Part shown: piece by piece, positions 39,309-49,514 of the stretch
Layout: each line of letters opens with the position of its first letter
Position numbering within the stretch: position 1 is the stretch's first letter
Origin: Acidimicrobiia bacterium
Lineage (GTDB): Bacteria; Actinomycetota; Acidimicrobiia; Spongiisociales; ZC4RG35
Length of the DNA stretch: 52,669 bases
Assembly: GCA_041599115.1 (NCBI GenBank)
Contig: JBFHXF010000003.1
Location: 1-52,669, forward strand
Direction of reading: 5' to 3'
Program-made: the position numbers and the translations under genes
Notes under the pieces: generated by a model
What the model was told of the DNA's origin: nothing
The model's input: the letters and a program-made list of their open reading frames with translations, nothing else
Databases searched by the model: none

Positions 39309-40217
39309 GTGAATCCTTGGACCCCGCTCGTTGCTGCCACTTTCGGCTGGGGAGCATCGATCGTGCTGAGTCGGGCGTTGCTGCAGGACGGGATCAACAC
39401 ATTCACCATGCTTCCGATGCGCATGGTTTTTGCAATGGCATCGCTTTTCGCCCTGATCGGGCTCACGCGGCGCTTTGGTGTTTCCAGTCTGGCCGCATGG
39501 CGCCGGGGAGCGGTCCTGGGATTGGTCGGCATGGGGCTGCCGATGGGTCTGATGACACTGGCACTCGAGGACCTTCCGGTGGCCATCGGCGGATTGCTAG
39601 TCGCGCTGATACCTCTCGCCACAGTGGCAGCTGCCCATTTTCTCGTTGACGGAGAGCGCTTCCAGGCCAAATCGCTGCCCGGGCTTTTGGTGGCGCTCGT
39701 CGGATCCGGAATCCTGGTGGGTGAGGGTGGTGAATCCATAGCAGGGGTTGGCAATCTCTGGCGCGGTGTCTTCTATATCACGGTTGGGGTGATTCTCGCC
39801 GGAGTAGGGGGGGCGCTAAGTCGCCGCTATGCCCTCGAGGTATCGGGGACCGACCTGGTTCTTCCTCAATTCACCGTGGCGACGTTCATTCTGTTCGCGG
39901 CGTGGCCTTTTCTCGGCGTTGGCGGAACCGGCACCTGGACCGTGACCGACTGGCTTCTGGTTGGCCTGGTGGGGGTGATCGGAACCACCCTCCCATTCGC
40001 TTCTTTCCTGGTCGCGGCCGATGTCAACCCCGCCTCCAGACTCGCACTGACCGGTTATTCCACGCCGGTCGTTGCCGTTGCCCTTGCCGTGATATTCCTT
40101 GGTGAGGTGATAACCCCCGCGGTCGTCATCGGCGCGGTGCTGATAGTGGGCGGTGTCGTCCTCGCCGAGCGCTCGACGACACACATCCCCGAACCCGGTG
40201 TCGTCACCTCCGGATAA
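39309..40217 (+). CDS. DMT/EamA family transporter
   Basis: About 10 TM segments in two EamA repeats; PVVAVALAVIFLGE. Confidence 0.88.
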   Translation: MNPWTPLVAATFGWGASIVLSRALLQDGINTFTMLPMRMVFAMASLFALIGLTRRFGVSSLAAWRRGAVLGLVGMGLPMGLMTLALEDLPVAIGGLLVALIPLATVAAAHFLVDGERFQAKSLPGLLVALVGSGILVGEGGESIAGVGNLWRGVFYITVGVILAGVGGALSRRYALEVSGTDLVLPQFTVATFILFAAWPFLGVGGTGTWTVTDWLLVGLVGVIGTTLPFASFLVAADVNPASRLALTGYSTPVVAVALAVIFLGEVITPAVVIGAVLIVGGVVLAERSTTHIPEPGVVTSG

Positions 40218-40260
40218 TGCCCGAATCGGCAATGACCAACAGGTCTAACCTCTCCCATTC

Positions 40261-41901
40261 ATGAGCAAGGCAATCCTGGTGGCCGTCGGCTGGCCTTATG
40301 CGTCGGGCGCCCCCCATCTCGGCCAGTTCGGCGGTGCTTATCTTCCTCCCGACATATTTGCCAGGTATCACCGTCTGGCAGGCGATCGTGTTCTGATGGT
40401 CTCGGGTTCGGACGCACATGGAACCCCGATCACGGTCCAGGCCGAACAGGAGGGCATTTCACCACGGGAAGTGGTTGCCAAGTACCACGCCTTGATCGTC
40501 GAGACGTGGCGCCGTCTCGGGATCTCCTTTGATTTGTTCACGACCACGATGACCGACAACCACGCTGCCGTCACCCAGGATGTCTTCCTTCGACTCCTCG
40601 AGAACGGCTACATGTTCAAACAGACAACCGAGCAGTATTTCGACCCGGAGGTCGGCAGATTCCTCCCCGACCGGTATTTGGAAGGGACCTGTCCCCACTG
40701 CGGCTTCGGCGAAGCCCGCGGTGACCAGTGCGACAACTGCGGGCGCACGCTTGACGTCACCGATCTGATCAAACCACGGTCCAAACTCTCCGGAGCAACG
40801 CCTGAGAGACGGCCCACCGAGCATTTCTTCTTCCGTCTGTCCGCCTTCGAACAGCCACTCCGAGAATGGCTGGAGGCCAAGACGACCTGGCGGAAACAGG
40901 TCAGGAGTTGGGCCCTGGGGATGATCGAAGAGGGGCTGCCGGATCGCGCCATCACACGGGACATCGAGTGGGGTGTCGAACTTCCCGTCGACGACCTTGG
41001 ACCTGGCAAGCGGATCTATGTGTGGTTCGACGCGGTGATCGGATATCTGTCGGCTGCGATCGAATGGGCTTCGGCGTCGGGAAATCCGGAATCATGGAAG
41101 GAGTGGTGGGAGAACCCGGAAGCGGAGTCGTACTACTTCATCGGAAAGGACAACATTCCGTTTCACACCGTTATCTGGCCGGCCATGCTCATGGGATACG
41201 GGGGACTCAATCTGCCCACCGATGTCCCGGCCAACCAGTTCATCACTTTCAAAGGCGCCAAGGCTTCGAAGTCAAAGGGTGTCGGAAGCTCGGTGCTCTG
41301 GTATGCAGACCGACTCGAACCCGATGCTCTCCGCTACGCAGTGGCCGCCGCGCTCCCCGAACAGAACGACACCGATCTCAGCGATGATCAGATAATCGCT
41401 CGGATCAACGATGAACTGGTCGCGACCTGGGGGAACCTGGTAAATCGGGTGCTCTCGATGAGCGATCGGTCCTTCGATGGGTTGGTGCCGGTCCCAGGTG
41501 AGTTGACGACCGCCGACTCGGGTCTCCTCGACCAGGTTGACGCGGCCCTTGCCACGGTTGGCCGCCACATCGAGAAGGTCGAGTTGAGGGCAGGGCTCCG
41601 CACCGCGATGGGGGCTGCGGGCGAGGTGAACGCCTACCTGAACACCGAGGAGCCGTGGAAAACCATCAAGACCGACGCGAATCGTGCGGCGACCACGTTG
41701 TGGACGGCGATTCAGGCGATCTCCGGAATCCGGGTCGCCCTGGCCCCCTATCTCCCCTTCTCGACCCGACGGTTGGGTCAGATGCTCGGGATCGAACCCG
41801 ATCTGGACTCATGGGTGAGACCAGGAGTGGCGGCAGGGAGCCATCTCGGAGAGGTTCGCCCTCTCTTCAGGAAACTCGAGCCAGAGGCCCTTGACGACTG
41901 A
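40261..41901 (+). CDS. metG: Methionyl-tRNA synthetase
   Basis: WPYASG.PHLGQ, GSDAHG, Zn knuckles CPHC/CDNC, YVWFDA, GKDNIPFH, KASKS. Confidence 0.95.
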   Translation: MSKAILVAVGWPYASGAPHLGQFGGAYLPPDIFARYHRLAGDRVLMVSGSDAHGTPITVQAEQEGISPREVVAKYHALIVETWRRLGISFDLFTTTMTDNHAAVTQDVFLRLLENGYMFKQTTEQYFDPEVGRFLPDRYLEGTCPHCGFGEARGDQCDNCGRTLDVTDLIKPRSKLSGATPERRPTEHFFFRLSAFEQPLREWLEAKTTWRKQVRSWALGMIEEGLPDRAITRDIEWGVELPVDDLGPGKRIYVWFDAVIGYLSAAIEWASASGNPESWKEWWENPEAESYYFIGKDNIPFHTVIWPAMLMGYGGLNLPTDVPANQFITFKGAKASKSKGVGSSVLWYADRLEPDALRYAVAAALPEQNDTDLSDDQIIARINDELVATWGNLVNRVLSMSDRSFDGLVPVPGELTTADSGLLDQVDAALATVGRHIEKVELRAGLRTAMGAAGEVNAYLNTEEPWKTIKTDANRAATTLWTAIQAISGIRVALAPYLPFSTRRLGQMLGIEPDLDSWVRPGVAAGSHLGEVRPLFRKLEPEALDD

Positions 41902-41968
41902 AACCCTCAGGGGACGACCAGGGTCATACCTGATTACGAAACGACGAACAGCTTGTAGGTTTTGAGTC

Positions 41969-42175
41969 ATGGCGCGTATGGCGAGAATCATCGGTGGCTC
42001 CGGCCTAGTCATTGCCGGTGTTTTCATGCTGGTGTTGCCGGGCCCCGGATTACTCACCATCGTCGGCGGCCTCGCCCTCTTATCCAAGGATCTGGTCTGG
42101 GCAGGCCGATTGTCGGACTGGCTGAAGACCAAATCACCGGGTCGAACCAAAGAGCGCACCGACCAGGACGGCTGA
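41969..42175 (+). CDS. Small PGPGW-domain membrane protein
   Basis: GVFMLVLPGPGLLTIVGGLALLS..LVWA. Confidence 0.78.
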   Translation: MARMARIIGGSGLVIAGVFMLVLPGPGLLTIVGGLALLSKDLVWAGRLSDWLKTKSPGRTKERTDQDG

Positions 42176-42191
42176 CCCCTCCCCGCCTCCA

Positions 42192-42599
42192 TCAAGAAGG
42201 TGGATAGACCCCCATGCTTTGGGCCTTCTCCGTCTGCCAGAAGATGGCGGCGATCTCATCGATCAGAGCGACCAGCTGTCTCCCCACCTCGGGATCAGCC
42301 GACTTCTTGGCGTCTCCAGCCTGATGAATCGCCCGCCAGAAGAGATCGTCGAGATTGGGGAACTGGGCTCGGTGGTCGGCGGAGAAAAAATCCGCCCAGA
42401 GCACCATTAGATGATGCTTCACCTCTTCGGCTCTCTCCTCCTTGAGAGCGAGGGCGCGAGCCTTGAACACCTCATCGTCGGAGGCCTGGTATTTCTCGGC
42501 AATCTTGAGAACCGACATCGCCTCGATCTTGGCCTGGGCCGGGTCGTAGACACCGCAATAAAGGTCACAGTGAGCGTGGGCAATCGTCACTTGTCTCAT
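42192..42599 (-). CDS. sodN: Nickel superoxide dismutase precursor
   Basis: AHA|HCDLYCGVYDPAQAKIEA Ni-hook, KEERAEEVKHHL.VLW.DFF; SD AAGGAG. Confidence 0.93.
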   Translation of the reverse strand: MRQVTIAHAHCDLYCGVYDPAQAKIEAMSVLKIAEKYQASDDEVFKARALALKEERAEEVKHHLMVLWADFFSADHRAQFPNLDDLFWRAIHQAGDAKKSADPEVGRQLVALIDEIAAIFWQTEKAQSMGVYPPS

Positions 42600-42647
42600 C
42601 AACAACTCCTTCTCGTCCGAATGTGCTGACCATACTCCGACCTCGAG

Positions 42648-43580
42648 ATGGTTATGCAAAGGTTCCGGGTCGCCGAACATTCGATGCTCCCGGAGCTCTC
42701 CCCCGGGGACGAGTTCGTCGCCAGTTCGCTGGTGCTTCCGGGTGCGGGGTCGGTGGTGGCCCTCCCCCACCCCGAGCGCGCAGACTTCTGGCTCGTAAAG
42801 CGTGTGGTGGAGAAGCCAGGGGTGGGATTGGGCCTGATCTGGGTGGAATCAGACAGCCCCTCTGTCCCGTCGGTTGACTCTCGCACTTTCGGCCCGGTTC
42901 CGGTGGAATCTGCCCTGACCAGGGTCGATCGGCTGGAACCGGCAACATTCTCCGAGGCGGCGCATTTTCTCGCCGGCGAAGATGCCGCCCTGGCCGCGGT
43001 GATCGACAGATTCGGCGTGCCGGAGTTCTGGCAGCGACCTGCAGGCTTTTCCACCCTCACCCTGCTCATTCTGGAGCAGCAAGTCTCCCTGGAATCGGGG
43101 GCGGCCGTATTCCAGAGACTCGCCGACCTCTGTGGTGAAGTGACACCAGGCCGGTTGGCCGAGGTCGGCGACACCCGCCTCCGCGGGATCGGGGTCACAC
43201 GTCAGAAAGCGAGCTATCTGGTAGGGCTCGCTGAGATGGTGCTGGCCGGCGAACTCGAATTCGACGCATTGACAGCCCTTCGCCCCGAAGCGGCGCGGGC
43301 TGCTCTGCTCGAGATCCGGGGCGTTGGTAATTGGACAGCCGATGCCTATCTTGTCTCGGCCCTCGCCCTCCCCGATGTGTTCCCACTCGGCGACCGCGCC
43401 CTACAGGTTGGCACCATGGAAGTGCTTGGTCTCGAGGCGCCCGCGATCGGCGAGGATCTCGAGTTGTTGTCCCGGCCATGGAGACCGGTGCGTGCGGTGG
43501 CGGCACGTCTCATCTGGCATGCCTACCTTTCGAGGAGGGGTCGAACCGAGCCCAAGCACGCGACCGGACCCGTCATCTGA
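42648..43580 (+). CDS. Fusion of SodX-like S26 peptidase (NiSOD maturation protease) and AlkA-like HhH-GPD DNA glycosylase
   Basis: N-terminal RVAEHSMLP.L.PGD, LVKRV, DSRTFGPV. C-terminal ILEQQVS, GVTRQKASY, IRGVGNWTAD, DVFPLGD, WRPVRAVAARLIW. Confidence 0.85.
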   Translation: MVMQRFRVAEHSMLPELSPGDEFVASSLVLPGAGSVVALPHPERADFWLVKRVVEKPGVGLGLIWVESDSPSVPSVDSRTFGPVPVESALTRVDRLEPATFSEAAHFLAGEDAALAAVIDRFGVPEFWQRPAGFSTLTLLILEQQVSLESGAAVFQRLADLCGEVTPGRLAEVGDTRLRGIGVTRQKASYLVGLAEMVLAGELEFDALTALRPEAARAALLEIRGVGNWTADAYLVSALALPDVFPLGDRALQVGTMEVLGLEAPAIGEDLELLSRPWRPVRAVAARLIWHAYLSRRGRTEPKHATGPVI

Positions 43581-43624
43581 AGGGCTCTGATCACCCACCC
43601 GTCGCGACGGCGTAGAGTCCAACC

Positions 43625-44026
43625 ATGACCGAGTTCATTGTCCGCATGGAGAATCGGCCCGGACAACTCGCCGCCCTCACCGAGGCACTGGCCGCCTTCG
43701 GGGTCAACATCGAAGCCCTGGCAGCCTATGGAACCAACGGCGAGGGAACGGTCCGTCTCATCGTCAGCGACGCCGCGACGACGCGAAGGGTCCTCGTGGA
43801 AGCGGGCCTGTCGAGTCAGGAAAACACCGTCCTGACGACCAATCTCCCGGATCGTCCCGGCGAGTTGGCCCGCCTCACCCGGATGATCGCGAATGCCGAG
43901 ATCAACATCGATGCCATCTATGTGCTCCGCTCGGATGCGAACGGGATCGAATTCGCAGTGTCGATCGATCAACCCGAGTCTGTCGTGCCCGACCTCCCCA
44001 TCAAGGGTGGAGTATTGACCGTCTAA
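43625..44026 (+). CDS. Tandem ACT domain protein
   Basis: ENRPGQLA...GVNI and PDRPGELA...INI repeats. Confidence 0.85.
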   Translation: MTEFIVRMENRPGQLAALTEALAAFGVNIEALAAYGTNGEGTVRLIVSDAATTRRVLVEAGLSSQENTVLTTNLPDRPGELARLTRMIANAEINIDAIYVLRSDANGIEFAVSIDQPESVVPDLPIKGGVLTV

Positions 44027-44054
44027 GGAACCGAGCGCCTTTAGCATCCCGTCG

Positions 44055-45179
44055 ATGCGCTCAATGCTCTCTCGAGTCCTCCGTTCGCGCCCCTTCTTAT
44101 CTGTAGCACTGGTCATTGTCCTGGGATCAATCGGGGTCGCGATCTTCAACCTTGTTGGCCACGAAACGGTCGTCCCGACAACGACGATTCCCCCAACAAC
44201 GACATCCCTGCCCACGACAACCTCGACGTCATCGTCGACGACGACCACCACCACCACCACAACGCTTGCCGTGTTTGAGACCTCTTTTGTCAATGGTCTG
44301 CCCGTCGACGACCCGTCACTGCTGGATCGAAGGGTGCTCGCCGTGAAGATCGACAACCACTATCTGGCGCGGCCGCAATCTGGGATCGACAGCGCCGATA
44401 TGGTCGTCGAGTTGATGGTCGAAGGAATCACTCGATTCATGACGATCTGGCAGCAGAGTGACACCGACTATCTCGGCCCGGTCCGGTCGGGCCGCCCCAC
44501 GGATCCCACTCTCCTCCAGGCCTTCAACGAGCCCACGTTCGCTCTTTCGGGTGCGCAGGACTGGGTGCAGAATCTCATCCGATCGAAGAATGTCCATCTC
44601 GTCGGCGAGGTGCACCCCGCCACATTCCGGATTTCGAGCCGTTCCGCGCCGCACGATCTCTACGCCAACACCGGACTGCTCCGGGAGTATGCCGACGGCC
44701 TGGGCTATCCGGACGCGCCGCCCGTCGGCCCGATCTGGGAGTTTGGCCCGATGGCACCGGTAGCCGCGACTGCCGACTCGGTTCGGCTCGATTTCTCTGG
44801 AAACATTGTCAGGTGGGAATGGGATGAGGCAACCGGGGAATGGCTCAGATTCGTCGGCGGCAATCCGTCTGAATGGCGAAATCAGGAAGGGGAGACCGGC
44901 CAGATCAGCCGACCGGTCCTGGTCGCCCTGTATGTGGAGCAATACACCGCCTACCCGGCTGCCGGGCAGTCGGGGACACCGGTCCCCGCCGAGAGGACGA
45001 CGGGAACGGGAAAGGCTTTTGTGTTCGCTGATGGCAAAGTCATCGAAGGCACCTGGGAGCGTCGGGACGAGACCGACTGGTTCCTCCTGAGGGATCGCAG
45101 CGGCAAGATCATCCCGGTCCCCCCGGGAAAGGTATGGGTGTCCCTCGTACCCAACACGACCGGGCTCACCTGGAAATGA
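44055..45179 (+). CDS. DUF3048 (YerB-like) membrane-anchored protein with Thr-rich stalk
   Basis: AVKIDN..ARPQSGI..AD.V.E.MVEGITR, GPVRSGR, R...RSAPH.LY. Confidence 0.85.
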   Translation: MRSMLSRVLRSRPFLSVALVIVLGSIGVAIFNLVGHETVVPTTTIPPTTTSLPTTTSTSSSTTTTTTTTTLAVFETSFVNGLPVDDPSLLDRRVLAVKIDNHYLARPQSGIDSADMVVELMVEGITRFMTIWQQSDTDYLGPVRSGRPTDPTLLQAFNEPTFALSGAQDWVQNLIRSKNVHLVGEVHPATFRISSRSAPHDLYANTGLLREYADGLGYPDAPPVGPIWEFGPMAPVAATADSVRLDFSGNIVRWEWDEATGEWLRFVGGNPSEWRNQEGETGQISRPVLVALYVEQYTAYPAAGQSGTPVPAERTTGTGKAFVFADGKVIEGTWERRDETDWFLLRDRSGKIIPVPPGKVWVSLVPNTTGLTWK

Positions 45180-45183
45180 GACA

Positions 45184-46503
45184 GTGACGGCGCCACCTGG
45201 TCCTGACGGATTTGGAGAATCGGCCGTGGGCCGGGTCGAGGAAGCGATCGAGATGGCGCGGGCGAGGCAGAGCGCTCTGAATGCTTTCACATTCATAGAC
45301 GACGAGGCCGTCGACAAGGCTGCGGAGGTCGACGCTGCCATCGCACGCGGTGAGCTCGTGGGGCAGCTGGCGGGCACACCGTTGGGTCTGAAGGACCTCA
45401 TCGATCAGCGGGGAAGGGTGACCACGTGTGGATCCGCCTTCTTCCGCCACCGCGCGGATCGTTCGGCGCCGGTCGTGGAGCGTCTCGAAAGGGCGGGAGC
45501 AGTCGTGATCGGACGCACCGGCCTCCACGAATTCGCTTTCGGCTTCTCATCCGAAAACCCCCACTTCGGGCCGGTCCGTAACCCATGGGACCCGGGGACA
45601 TCCGCCGGTGGTTCGTCCGGCGGGTCCGCTGCCGCCATCGCCGCGGGGATAACGCCGATCGGCGTGGGGAGCGACACCGGAGGCTCGATCAGAGTGCCGG
45701 CCGCCCTGTGTGGTTGTTTTGGCCTCAAGACGACCTACGGGCGAGTTCCACTCGAAGGGGTATTCCCCCTTGTACCGTCGATTGATACGGTGGGGCCGCT
45801 GGCCGACTCCATTCACCGGCTGGAATGGGCGTACAGGGCCATGGCTGATGATGACGCCCCACCCTCGGAGACACGCCGGCATATGAGGATCGGGATTCCC
45901 CGGCCATGGCTCGATGACTCACCCATGGACACCAAAGTCGCAATGGCCTTCGAACAGGCCATGAGCCGGATCCGTGAGATGGGCCATCGCGTCGAGTCGG
46001 TCGCGATGCCCGGTGTCTCTCCCCCGGGTCGGATCTGGTCAGCCATCGCCGAAGAGGTCACCGCGGTCCATGCCGGGTTTAGAGCCGCCGGCCAGCCGTA
46101 CGGAGAAGATGTGGCTGCTCGTCTCGACGATGCCGAAGCGGTTGGCCCTGAAGAGACGGCGCTCGCACGAGAATGGCAGGCGGACCTGCGAGACCGCTTT
46201 CAGCAAGTGTTCCGAGATTACGACTTTCTGGCAACACCCACGGTCCCGGTGATGAAAAAGGAGATCGGCAACGACACCATCAACGGGAAGCACTATCGAT
46301 CAGTCCTGTCCTGGTTCACGGCCCTGGTGAATCAGTCGCTTCATCCGGCGATGGCACTGCCGATCCTGAACTCTGGTCTCCCCCCGGTGTCGCTGCAGCT
46401 GATCGGGCCGCTCAACTCCGAGCCGGTGCTTCTCGAGTTCGGCCGATCGCTGGAGGAAGACTCTCTCGTCGGATTTCGCCGCGCCCCGGAAAGTCTTGTC
46501 TAG
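45184..46503 (+). CDS. Amidase signature family protein
   Basis: GLKDL, HEFAFG, GGSSGGS, GSDTGGSIRVPA. Confidence 0.9.
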   Translation: MTAPPGPDGFGESAVGRVEEAIEMARARQSALNAFTFIDDEAVDKAAEVDAAIARGELVGQLAGTPLGLKDLIDQRGRVTTCGSAFFRHRADRSAPVVERLERAGAVVIGRTGLHEFAFGFSSENPHFGPVRNPWDPGTSAGGSSGGSAAAIAAGITPIGVGSDTGGSIRVPAALCGCFGLKTTYGRVPLEGVFPLVPSIDTVGPLADSIHRLEWAYRAMADDDAPPSETRRHMRIGIPRPWLDDSPMDTKVAMAFEQAMSRIREMGHRVESVAMPGVSPPGRIWSAIAEEVTAVHAGFRAAGQPYGEDVAARLDDAEAVGPEETALAREWQADLRDRFQQVFRDYDFLATPTVPVMKKEIGNDTINGKHYRSVLSWFTALVNQSLHPAMALPILNSGLPPVSLQLIGPLNSEPVLLEFGRSLEEDSLVGFRRAPESLV

Positions 46504-46617
46504 CGTGTAGCCCCGATAAACTGTGACCGCGCGGCAATTGAGCGGTTAGACCATGCGACAGCACCATGACAACCCCCTTGAAAGCCGCGCCTCAAAATGC
46601 CAACAAGGATGTGAACA

Positions 46618-48489
46618 GTGGCCGATGACAACGCCACAGATGAAACTTCGCACAGTTCGACCAAGGTACTCGACAAGGTAGTTATCCGCTTCGCCGGTGA
46701 TTCCGGCGACGGGATGCAGGTGGCGGGGTCCCGATTCACCGATGCCAGCGCCCTATTCGGGAACGACCTGGCAACTCTGCCCTCGTTTCCGGCCGAGATC
46801 AGGGCCCCGGCAGGGACGCTTCCCGGAGTGTCCAGTTTTCAGGTTCAGATAGCCGATTTCGACATTCTCACGGCCGGGGACGCCCCTGATTGTCTGGTCG
46901 CCATGAACCCGGCCGCCCTGAAGAAGAACCTGAAGGACTTGATCCAGGGCGGGACCCTCATTGTCAACAGCGACGCGTTCGACGAGCGGAACAATGCCAA
47001 GGCCGGCTTCGCGACCAACCCTCTCGAGGACGACTCCCTGAAGGGATACCGGGTCATCAAGGTGCCCATGGACGAGCTGACCAAAGAGGCGGTCAAAGAC
47101 AGCGGTGTCTCCGGCAGAAGCGTCCTTCGTTCCAAGAACTTCTTCGCCCTGGGGCTCTTGGCCTGGTTGTTTCATCGCCCCACCGAGCCCACGGTGGAAT
47201 GGGCCAAGGAGAAATTCGCCAAGAAACCCGAGGTTGCGGCCGCCAATGTCGCTGCCTTCAACGCCGGATACACCTTTGGCGTGGCCACCGAGGCCACCAA
47301 GATCACTTTCTCGGTCAAGCCGGCGGCGCTTCACCCCGGCACTTACACCAACGTCAATGGCAACACCGCCCTGGCCTGGGGATTGATAGCCGCATCGAAG
47401 TTGTCGGGCCTCCCTCTCTTCTACGGCACCTACCCCATCACTCCGGCTTCTGACATCCTCCACGAACTGTCGCGGCAGAAGAACTTTGGTGTTCGCACCT
47501 TCCAGGCCGAAGACGAGATCGCGGGAGTGGGCAGCGCCATAGGCGCGGCATTTGCCGGGAATCTCGCCGTCACCGGCTCGTCCGGTCCGGGGATAGCCCT
47601 CAAGAGCGAGGGCATCTCCCTCGCCTTCATGACGGAGCTGCCGCTGATTGTCATCAATGTTCAGCGCGGAGGCCCTTCCACCGGACTGCCGACGAAGCCG
47701 GAGCAATCGGATCTCTTGTTTGCCCTCTACGGTCGTCACGGCGAATCACCGCTGCCCGTCATCGCGGCGGCGTCGCCATCCGACGCTTTCGACGTGGCCA
47801 TCGAGGCGGCCCGCATCGCTCTGAGATACATGACGCCGGTCATGCTGCTCAGCGACAATTACGTCGCCAACGGTTCAGAGCCATGGCTGTTGCCCGATGT
47901 CGCCTCGCTTCCGCCCATCGATGTCGAATTCGCCAAACATCCCAACGGGCCGGACGGGACCTTCCTCCCCTACATGCGGAACGTGGACACTTTCGCCAGG
48001 CCCTGGGCCCTGCCCGGGACACCCGGTCTGGAACATCGCATCGGCGGGCTTGAAAAGGAAGCGATCACCGGCAACGTGTCATACGACCCGGCCAACCACC
48101 AGTTGATGACCGACAGCCGCGCCTGGAAGATCGCCAACATCGCCAACGACATCCCCGAGATCGTGGTTCAGGGTGACACCGACGCCAAGATACTCGTGCT
48201 CGGCTGGGGGTCCACTTTCGGCAGCATTAGAGCCGCCGCACGAAGGGCTCGTCTCGAGGGCCGCAAGGTTGCCACGGCCCATCTCAGATACATCAATCCC
48301 ATGCCCCGCAACCTGCACAGCGTCTTGCGGTCTTACGACAAGATCCTCATTCCCGAACTGAACACCGGCCAGTTGCTCAAACTGATCCGGGCCGAGTTCC
48401 TGATCGACGTCGTCGGTCTCAACAAGGTGGCCGGTGAGCCGTTCAAGATTTCCGAGATAACCGACAAGATCATGGAGATGACGAAGTGA
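46618..48489 (+). CDS. korA: 2-oxoacid:ferredoxin oxidoreductase alpha subunit
   Basis: FAGDSGDGMQ, YPITPAS, QAEDE, SGPG, QRGGPSTGLPT. Confidence 0.93.
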   Translation: MADDNATDETSHSSTKVLDKVVIRFAGDSGDGMQVAGSRFTDASALFGNDLATLPSFPAEIRAPAGTLPGVSSFQVQIADFDILTAGDAPDCLVAMNPAALKKNLKDLIQGGTLIVNSDAFDERNNAKAGFATNPLEDDSLKGYRVIKVPMDELTKEAVKDSGVSGRSVLRSKNFFALGLLAWLFHRPTEPTVEWAKEKFAKKPEVAAANVAAFNAGYTFGVATEATKITFSVKPAALHPGTYTNVNGNTALAWGLIAASKLSGLPLFYGTYPITPASDILHELSRQKNFGVRTFQAEDEIAGVGSAIGAAFAGNLAVTGSSGPGIALKSEGISLAFMTELPLIVINVQRGGPSTGLPTKPEQSDLLFALYGRHGESPLPVIAAASPSDAFDVAIEAARIALRYMTPVMLLSDNYVANGSEPWLLPDVASLPPIDVEFAKHPNGPDGTFLPYMRNVDTFARPWALPGTPGLEHRIGGLEKEAITGNVSYDPANHQLMTDSRAWKIANIANDIPEIVVQGDTDAKILVLGWGSTFGSIRAAARRARLEGRKVATAHLRYINPMPRNLHSVLRSYDKILIPELNTGQLLKLIRAEFLIDVVGLNKVAGEPFKISEITDKIMEMTK

Positions 48490-49505
48490 CTGCTCCCAGC
48501 TACACCAGGGCTGATTTTCAGACCGACCAGGAGGTCCGGTGGTGCCCGGGGTGCGGTGACTACACCATCCTGGCGTCGGTACAGCAGTTCATTGCCGGTC
48601 TGGGCCGGGCACGCGAGGAATTCGTCTTCATTTCCGGTATCGGCTGTGCATCCAGATTCCCCTATTACATGAAGACCTACGGGATGCACTCGATTCACGG
48701 CAGGGCCCCGGCGATTGCCTCAGGCATAGCCGCCACAAGACCCGACCTGTCGGTGTGGGTGATAAGCGGTGACGGTGACGCCCTCTCCATCGGGGGAAAT
48801 CATCTGATCCATGCCCTGAGGCGGAACATCGGCATAAAGATCCTCTTGTTCAACAATCAGATCTACGGACTGACCAAGGGTCAATACTCGCCCACCTCCG
48901 AAGTCGGCAAGGCCACCAAATCATCTCCCTTTGGCTCCATCGACTACCCGTTCAATCCGGTGTCGCTGGCTCTCGGGGCTGAGGCGACCTTTGTCGCCCG
49001 CACCCTCGACATGGACCGGAGTCACACCCAGTCGATCCTCGAGGAAGCCTACGAGCACCCGGGCTCAGCCTTCATCGAGATCTATCAGAACTGCAATGTC
49101 TTCAACGACAAGGCTTTCAACGATCTGACCGGGAAGGAAGAGAGGGTCCACAACCGGATCGATCTGGTCGCCGGCAAGCCGATCGTCTTCGACGAGGGTG
49201 CCAAGGCGGTAGTTATGCGCGGGGGCGCCGCGGTCGTCGTCGATTCGAACTCGGTCGACCCCAAGGCGATCCTGGTCCATGACCCGACCAACTCCAACCC
49301 CTCGATTGCGTTCTCGTTGAGCCGGCTCTCTCACGGACCCCACGGTCCGACCCCACTGGGGATCTTCAGGAAGGTTGTCCGGCCGACCTATGAGGAAGCG
49401 CTCAGCGACCAGATAGAAGTTGCCAAGGAGAAGTTCGGTGAGGGTGATCTCGCCGAGTTGATCACCAGTTATGGGACCTGGACGGTCAACGGCCAAGAAG
49501 GCTGA
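48486..49505 (+). CDS. korB: 2-oxoacid:ferredoxin oxidoreductase beta subunit
   Basis: WCPGCGD, SGIGC, GDGD, NNQIYGLTKGQ. Confidence 0.93.
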   Translation: MTAPSYTRADFQTDQEVRWCPGCGDYTILASVQQFIAGLGRAREEFVFISGIGCASRFPYYMKTYGMHSIHGRAPAIASGIAATRPDLSVWVISGDGDALSIGGNHLIHALRRNIGIKILLFNNQIYGLTKGQYSPTSEVGKATKSSPFGSIDYPFNPVSLALGAEATFVARTLDMDRSHTQSILEEAYEHPGSAFIEIYQNCNVFNDKAFNDLTGKEERVHNRIDLVAGKPIVFDEGAKAVVMRGGAAVVVDSNSVDPKAILVHDPTNSNPSIAFSLSRLSHGPHGPTPLGIFRKVVRPTYEEALSDQIEVAKEKFGEGDLAELITSYGTWTVNGQEG

Positions 49506-49514
49506 AACATCGGG

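Noticed and set aside
44178-44265. ACG/ACC-rich repeat tract
   Set aside because: Encodes the Thr-rich linker of the DUF3048 protein; similar linkers occur in other exported proteins here.
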